64,000 nt of DNA from Candidatus Saccharimonadota bacterium (GTDB lineage: Bacteria; Patescibacteriota; Saccharimonadia; Saccharimonadales; SLHW01), in contig JAGXIU010000003.1 in assembly GCA_024635455.1 (NCBI GenBank), forward strand, positions 354,446 through 418,445, in the 5' to 3' direction. The notes below the pieces were generated by a model. It was not told where the DNA came from. It saw only the letters and a program-made list of their open reading frames with translations, and searched no databases. The position numbers and the translations under genes are program-made. This document shows, piece by piece, positions 59,317 through 64,000 of the stretch; position 1 is the stretch's first letter; each line of letters starts with the position of its first letter.

Positions 59317-60573
59317 ATGAAGACTGATAACATTGAGCAATTAAGCAAAGAGATAAAATCGCAGACAGAAATAAATGCTACTAGTCCTTTTCCAGAAATA
59401 AATTTGGATGAGCTAGCTGATATATTGTCTCTAACGATTAAGCATGACTATTTATGCAAGACGATTACATTTCTAGGAATGCTTTCCGCATATACATACG
59501 ATAGTCAGTTAAATATCAGCTTCAATGCTCCTAGCTCATCTGGCAAAACATATATTACATCTGAAGTTGCAAAGTTATTTCCTACTGATGACAAAATTGA
59601 GATTAGTGGTGCAAGCCCTACAGCACTGTTCTATCAACAAGGTGAAGTAGACAAAGATTCTGGCTGTAGGATTCTAAATCTAGAAAATAAAATACTTATT
59701 TTCTACGAGCTACCTGACCAAAAAGTTCAGGAACGCCTAAGAGCTATCGCATCGCACGACAGTAGAAAACAAACTCACTTCTATACTAACAAAACAAAAA
59801 ATGGCACTAACAGAACTGACAAAATTCAAATAATAGGCTTTCCTGCTATGGTGTTCTGTTCTGCTTCATTAAGAGTGAACGAGCAAGAACAAACAAGAGA
59901 GCTTCTGCTTAGTCCAGAGCAGTCACAAGAAAAGATTTCTGCTGCGATTGAACTACAGAATAAGCGTGGCACTGATGAGCATAGCTATAATGAATGGCTT
60001 TCAAGTCGACCAAACCGTTTAGCGCTCATAAAACGCATACAGGCTATAAGTGCAGAGCATGTAAAGTACATTAAGTTACCTGACAGCGATGTCTTCAAGC
60101 AACGTTTTATGGACGGATTTAAACAACTAAAAGAACGGCACACCCGTGACTTCACCCATGTGCAACAACTAGCAAAAGCAATAGCCTTGCTAAACATTTG
60201 GTATCGTAAAGAACCAGATGGAAGCTACCTTGCAACTATCGAGGATGTAGAAGCAGCAATGAACCTATGGGAGCAATTCGCTGAAAGCCAAGTTATGGGT
60301 GTACCCCCTACAGTCCTACATTTCTACAAAGAATTCATGCTCACATTGCAAAGAGAAATAAAGCTGAACCAAATTAATGGTCGTATTGGCTTCAGTCATG
60401 AAACATTAAGTGAGTATTACCTTAGAAAAACAGGTACTTTACTCAACGAGGATACTCTGCGCAAGCAGATTATTCCTCAGCTCCACGCTAGTGGTCTTAT
60501 TGACCACCGTCAGCCTGATATCGGAGACAGACGAAGTAAGTGGATTTACCCTAAATGGAATATAGAAAACTAA
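59317..60573 (+). CDS. P-loop NTPase, putative element replication/helicase-like protein
   Basis: Walker A APSSSGKT, Walker B-like ILIFYELPD. Located next to the recombinase. Confidence 0.45.
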   Translation: MKTDNIEQLSKEIKSQTEINATSPFPEINLDELADILSLTIKHDYLCKTITFLGMLSAYTYDSQLNISFNAPSSSGKTYITSEVAKLFPTDDKIEISGASPTALFYQQGEVDKDSGCRILNLENKILIFYELPDQKVQERLRAIASHDSRKQTHFYTNKTKNGTNRTDKIQIIGFPAMVFCSASLRVNEQEQTRELLLSPEQSQEKISAAIELQNKRGTDEHSYNEWLSSRPNRLALIKRIQAISAEHVKYIKLPDSDVFKQRFMDGFKQLKERHTRDFTHVQQLAKAIALLNIWYRKEPDGSYLATIEDVEAAMNLWEQFAESQVMGVPPTVLHFYKEFMLTLQREIKLNQINGRIGFSHETLSEYYLRKTGTLLNEDTLRKQIIPQLHASGLIDHRQPDIGDRRSKWIYPKWNIEN

Positions 60574-60642
60574 ATAGGAACCGAAGTGTTGACTATCAAC
60601 CGTAACATTGGTCCTATATAATTTAAAAGAAGGAATAAGAAA

Positions 60643-62247
60643 ATGAACTATGAAAATAACAAAGAAAACAAATTAAGATACATCGCTTATGTACGCAAAT
60701 CTAGCGAAGATGAAGAACGACAAGTTCTTTCAAAAGATGCTCAAAAAGATAAAATCAAAGAATGCTTTCCTAATTTGAACATTATTGATTTTGTAGATGA
60801 AAGTAAAAGCGCATTTGAACCAGACAAGCGAAAAGTATTTAAAGACGTACTTGGAAAGCTCGACCTTAAGCAGATTGATGGGATTATTGCATGGCACCCT
60901 GATAGACTTTCACGGAATGAAGTGGATGCTTCCGCTATAACGTACCGTATACGAACAGGTACTATTAAGGATTTGAAATTCGCTAATTACACATTCGATA
61001 ACTCGCCTGAAGGAATAATGATGTTGCAGCTTACCATGAGTCAATCTCAATACTTTTCAGCAAAACTTAGTAAAGATGTAAAACGTGGTAATGAGAAAAA
61101 GCGCAAAATGGGTGGCATAACTGGTAAAGCACCTGAAGGTTATCTTAATGACAGAATAAAGAAAACTGTTTATAAAGACCCGAAGCGGTGGTCGCTACTA
61201 CGACAAGCGGTGGACATGATGCTAACAGGCGAATACAGCGTTCCAATGATATTAGATTGGCTAAATAACACTATGGGCTACCGTACACTTAAAAGAAATA
61301 AACGTGGAGGTGGAGAACTATCGAGAGCCTCGCTTTACCGCATATTCAATAGTGTAAGATACGCAGGTTGGATTGAAGACCCCTACAATCCCGATGCGAT
61401 GTATCCCGCCGATTATCCTCCTTTAATGTCTCAAGCTGAGTTTGACCGCATACAAGCCTTATTAGGCTCAAAGGCATCGAAGAAATTCGCTACTCGCAAA
61501 CAATTTGCGCTTAGAGGACTAATCCGTTGCGGATATTGTAATTGCATGATAACCGCTCAAAGCCAGGAGAAGAAACTTAAGAGCGGTGGAAGTAACATAC
61601 ATACTTACTATCACTGCACTCGTAAAAGTAAGTTTATTAAGTGTAATCAGAATTATTCTGTCACAGAAGACAAGCTCTACAAACAGTGTGAAGACCTATT
61701 AGAAGGCTATGAGCTTACCCCGCAACTATATGATTGGAGTATGGAAGCTTTAAACGAAATGCTTCAGCAGGAGAAGCCAGAGCGTGAATCAGTAGCAGCG
61801 ATGCAAAGTCATGCTATCAGTGACATAGAAGCTCAATTAGACCGTTTACTAGAGATGTCAATGAAAAAGATGGTTGACGACGAAACATTCACATCAAAGA
61901 GCAGTAAACTTAAATCTCAATTGAAAAGTCTTCACACACAACAAGCCGAGACAGCTAAAAAAGTTGATAGCTGGTACGAATTTATGAGTGACACCTTCCT
62001 TAAACTGACTGGTGCCACTAATAAGTTTGTGAATGGTGAATTTGCTGATAAAAAAGAGATACTACTGGCGATAGGTCAAAACCCAATCCTTTTAGACGGA
62101 AAACTGTCTATTACCCCTGATGAGTGGTTAATTCCTATCAAAAATAATTCAAAACACTTCAGTGATGAGATTCAGAAGGTTAAAACCATGTCTCAACAGA
62201 TGAAAAAGACCCTCTTAGAGGGTCTACGTATCGATTGGTGCGAGTGA
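60643..62247 (+). CDS. large serine recombinase (integrase)
   Basis: Resolvase catalytic domain YIAYVRKSSEDEE...RLSRN, recombinase domain, zinc-ribbon CGYCNC...YYHCTRK, coiled-coil tail. The TGA stop lies inside the att core. Confidence 0.9.
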   Translation: MNYENNKENKLRYIAYVRKSSEDEERQVLSKDAQKDKIKECFPNLNIIDFVDESKSAFEPDKRKVFKDVLGKLDLKQIDGIIAWHPDRLSRNEVDASAITYRIRTGTIKDLKFANYTFDNSPEGIMMLQLTMSQSQYFSAKLSKDVKRGNEKKRKMGGITGKAPEGYLNDRIKKTVYKDPKRWSLLRQAVDMMLTGEYSVPMILDWLNNTMGYRTLKRNKRGGGELSRASLYRIFNSVRYAGWIEDPYNPDAMYPADYPPLMSQAEFDRIQALLGSKASKKFATRKQFALRGLIRCGYCNCMITAQSQEKKLKSGGSNIHTYYHCTRKSKFIKCNQNYSVTEDKLYKQCEDLLEGYELTPQLYDWSMEALNEMLQQEKPERESVAAMQSHAISDIEAQLDRLLEMSMKKMVDDETFTSKSSKLKSQLKSLHTQQAETAKKVDSWYEFMSDTFLKLTGATNKFVNGEFADKKEILLAIGQNPILLDGKLSITPDEWLIPIKNNSKHFSDEIQKVKTMSQQMKKTLLEGLRIDWCE

Positions 62248-62311
62248 GGGGATTCAAACCCCTGGCCTCTTCCTTGGCAAGGAAGCGCTCTATCAGCTGA
62301 GCTACACTCGC
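62236..62311 (-). tRNA. tRNA-Gly (GCC), CCA encoded
   Basis: Hand-folded. Acceptor GCGAGTG/CACTCGC, anticodon loop TTGCCAA, T-arm AGGGG-TTTGAAT-CCCCT. Confidence 0.9.
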
Positions 62312-62408
62312 GTATATGTGGCTGTAAAATAACTATCGCTAAACTCACGTTCAACTTGGGAAATTATAGCGATAGTTCGGCTTGGGGGCAAGTCTACGTA
62401 TATGATGC

Positions 62409-62437
62409 TTGAGATTTTCTCTTATTTCTCATAGAAT
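62409..62437 (+). promoter_or_regulatory. sigma-70-type promoter for tRNA-Phe
   Basis: TTGAGA-N17-TAGAAT, 17 nt upstream of the tRNA 5' end. Confidence 0.4.
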
Positions 62438-62454
62438 ATGATGGCAGTAATCGT

Positions 62455-62530
62455 GGCTCTTTAGCTCAGTTGGTAGAGCAGAGGCTTGAAGAGCCTTGTG
62501 TCCCCAGTTCGAGTCTGGGAGGAGCCACCA
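62455..62530 (+). tRNA. tRNA-Phe (GAA), CCA encoded
   Basis: Acceptor GGCTCTT/AGGAGCC, anticodon loop TTGAAGA, T-arm CCCAG-TTCGAGT-CTGGG. Confidence 0.9.
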
Positions 62531-62538
62531 AACAAAAT

Positions 62539-62568
62539 GCCTAACCCTCGCGGTTGGGCTTTTTGTTT
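62539..62568 (+). terminator. rho-independent terminator after tRNA-Phe
   Basis: GCCTAACC-CTCGC-GGTTGGGC followed by TTTTTGTTT. Confidence 0.65.
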
Positions 62569-62671
62569 GGCTTGAGTTTACGCAAGGACTCGAACTGGTA
62601 GTTCGGCGGAGCGATAATGCACGCAGAAGTTTACTTCGAGTACTTTTGAGCGGAGGAGGCATAGCCGATGC

Positions 62672-62687
62672 CTGGGAGGAGCCACCA
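62672..62687 (+). repeat. duplicated 3' end of tRNA-Phe (16 nt)
   Basis: CTGGGAGGAGCCACCA is identical to 62515-62530. Confidence 0.9.
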
Positions 62688-62785
62688 CTCCCAGCTAAAC
62701 TCGACAGACTACAGTGTGTCGGGTTTATTTGATTAAGTTTTACAGATAAATATAAGTTTTTGCTACAATACATCAGTGCTTACAT

Positions 62786-62859
62786 GGCGCGTTGGCCGAG
62801 GAGTTAGGCATGGGTCTGCAAAACCTAGTACACGGGTGCGAATCCCGTACGCGCCTCCA
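62786..62859 (+). tRNA. tRNA-Cys (GCA), CCA encoded
   Basis: Acceptor GGCGCGT/ACGCGCC, anticodon loop CTGCAAA, discriminator U73, T-arm ACGGG-TGCGAAT-CCCGT. Confidence 0.85.
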
Positions 62860-62939
62860 TCCTTCTATCGTTCATTCAACTGAGCAATGGAGGATGCTTA
62901 TTCTCGCCATTGGGTGAGACATAGGCACTATTAACAACT

Positions 62940-63027
62940 GGGCGAGTGGTGGAATTGGTATACACGCGCGACTTAAAATCACGTGCCTGAATAAGGCTTG
63001 AGGGTTCGAGTCCCTCCTCGCCCACCA
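62940..63027 (+). tRNA. tRNA-Leu (TAA), long variable arm, CCA encoded
   Basis: Acceptor GGGCGAG/CTCGCCC, anticodon loop CTTAAAA (one C:A mismatch in the anticodon stem), T-arm GAGGG-TTCGAGT-CCCTC. Confidence 0.85.
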
Positions 63028-63033
63028 AACGGT

Positions 63034-63474
63034 ATGACAATGAATTTTTCAGCAAGAGCGATTATCCCCTATAAGAACCAGTATCTTGTGGTCAGAAATA
63101 GCACCTCTGATAATTTTTGGTGTCTACCTGGTGGCAAGATAGAGTCGGGTGAACTGGTCTCTAAGGCAATTGAACGTGAATTAGTTGAAGAAACCGGGGT
63201 AAAACCAGTTATAGGCGTTCTCTTGTTTATCCATCAATTCAAGACTGCCTCCGGCTACACATTGCCAAGCTTTTTATTCCATATAAAAAACGGCCAAGAT
63301 TATTATGAAGCGGAGTTAGAAAGAGCAACTCACGCGCACGAACTGGCAGAAATTACTTTTAAAGATATCTACACACTTGATGATTTTCGGCCGTATGTTC
63401 TGCCAGAAAAACTCAAGATTATTGAAAAGCGTGATTATTCAGGTCCGACCGAGATGCTGATTGATGAACGCTAA
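63034..63474 (+). CDS. NUDIX hydrolase
   Basis: Nudix box GGKIESGELVSKAIERELVEETG. Start moved to the ATG at 63034 because the track ORF begins inside tRNA-Leu. Confidence 0.8.
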   Translation: MTMNFSARAIIPYKNQYLVVRNSTSDNFWCLPGGKIESGELVSKAIERELVEETGVKPVIGVLLFIHQFKTASGYTLPSFLFHIKNGQDYYEAELERATHAHELAEITFKDIYTLDDFRPYVLPEKLKIIEKRDYSGPTEMLIDER

Positions 63475-63649
63475 CATGTGTTGTTAGTGACATAGCAACA
63501 AAGAGTAGCTCACTGCGCTGAGGGACAGGTCGCTACGCTCTGGTGCACTTGTCGTTCTCGAAGCAAGCTTCTGTGAGCGACTTCGTTGGCACCCGAACCC
63601 AATTTGTTTCACAAATTTCGGGGGTTCGAGAATGCCTAATACTCACCAT

Positions 63650-63676
63650 ATAAAAAACCTATCACAAGGATAGGCT
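63650..63676 (-). terminator. rho-independent terminator after tRNA-Val
   Basis: CCTATC-CTTGT-GATAGG followed by T6 on the minus strand. Confidence 0.6.
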
Positions 63677-63683
63677 CTTTATA

Positions 63684-63760
63684 TGGTGGGCGCTGAGGGA
63701 CTCGAACCCCCGACCCCTTCGGTGTAAACGAAGTGCTCTAGCCAGCTGAGCTAAGCGCCC
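63684..63760 (-). tRNA. tRNA-Val (TAC), CCA encoded
   Basis: Acceptor GGGCGCT/AGCGCCC, anticodon loop TTTACAC, T-loop TTCGAGT. Confidence 0.9.
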
Positions 63761-63852
63761 TAAATGTGGTTTTTAGGATGTGTATGATTATATCAGCAAA
63801 CTGATTGCTCTATAACCCTGGTTATTTTAAACAATTAACGGCAGTTTTACAA

Positions 63853-64000
63853 TCAAGTATCGAATGCGTCTAACTCATCAGGTGCAGCCGCTCGGATCCT
63901 ACCAGCTGGATCTTCCTTAAATACCCCGTCACCAGTAGATATACTCAAGGCGCTGTTGAATGCTTTTTGAGAAATATCTGGGTACGACTCTGCCAACTGC
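63853..64000 (-). CDS. 3' end of an unidentified CDS entering from beyond the window
   Basis: Open frame ...QLAESYPDISQKAFNSALSISTGDGVFKEDPAGRIRAAAPDELDAFDT, stop at 63853-63855. Confidence 0.3.
   Translation of the reverse strand, partial: QLAESYPDISQKAFNSALSISTGDGVFKEDPAGRIRAAAPDELDAFDT

Larger units (their letters stand above)
47279..62253. mobile_element. integrative (possibly mobilisable/conjugative, AICE-like) element inserted in tRNA-Gly(GCC)
   Basis: 19-bp direct repeat TTGGTGCGAGTGAGGGGAT at both ends. Serine recombinase abuts the tRNA. Visibly lower GC than the flanks. Rep-like and FtsK-like genes, defence cargo, no virion genes. Confidence 0.8.

Noticed and set aside
62429-62773. 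Track ORFs 62429-62773 (-) and 62496-62732 (+)
   Set aside because: They read straight through tRNA-Phe, its terminator and the duplicated tRNA end. They are spurious.
63589-63650. GGGGGTTCGAG ... CTCACCA resembling a tRNA T-arm and 3' end
   Set aside because: The 3' half of the would-be T-stem is not complementary and there is no acceptor pairing. It is kept only as part of the possible structured-RNA finding.

Overview
This 64-kb window looks bacterial, uses the standard genetic code and is compact and fairly AT-rich. The gene set (small housekeeping operons, many membrane and secreted proteins of unknown function, ComEC, LemA-HtpX, many apparently leaderless genes) suggests a reduced-genome lineage such as Patescibacteria/Saccharibacteria. 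That assignment is inference only. Positions 1-43.9 kb are mostly core genes: ECF sigma factor, ABC transporter, purA, trmD-rpsP-rnc-nusB-rpmF-leuS-murF, ligA, htpX/lemA, Ni-SOD plus its protease, and ComEC. The right third is accessory. A roughly 15-kb integrative element (47279-62253) sits in the 3' end of tRNA-Gly(GCC) and is bounded by a 19-bp direct repeat. It carries a large serine recombinase, a P-loop Rep-like protein and a minimal FtsK-like ATPase. Its cargo modules are a complete DpnII-type GATC restriction-modification cassette, a SMODS-like nucleotidyltransferase plus SLATT 2TM pair, a macro-domain operon, and a UDG-fold-like two-gene module. Left of it (44.0-47.5 kb) are three copies of a ~100-nt repeat and a second degenerate att-like copy, which suggests a composite, repeatedly used tRNA-Gly integration hotspot. 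The right edge holds a cluster of five tRNAs (Gly, Phe, Cys, Leu, Val), with a duplicated tRNA-Phe 3' end. A sixth tRNA (Ala) lies at 37.6 kb. I saw no rRNA and no CRISPR array. All functional calls come from motif recognition in the translated ORFs, with no database search, and they need HMM or structure confirmation.
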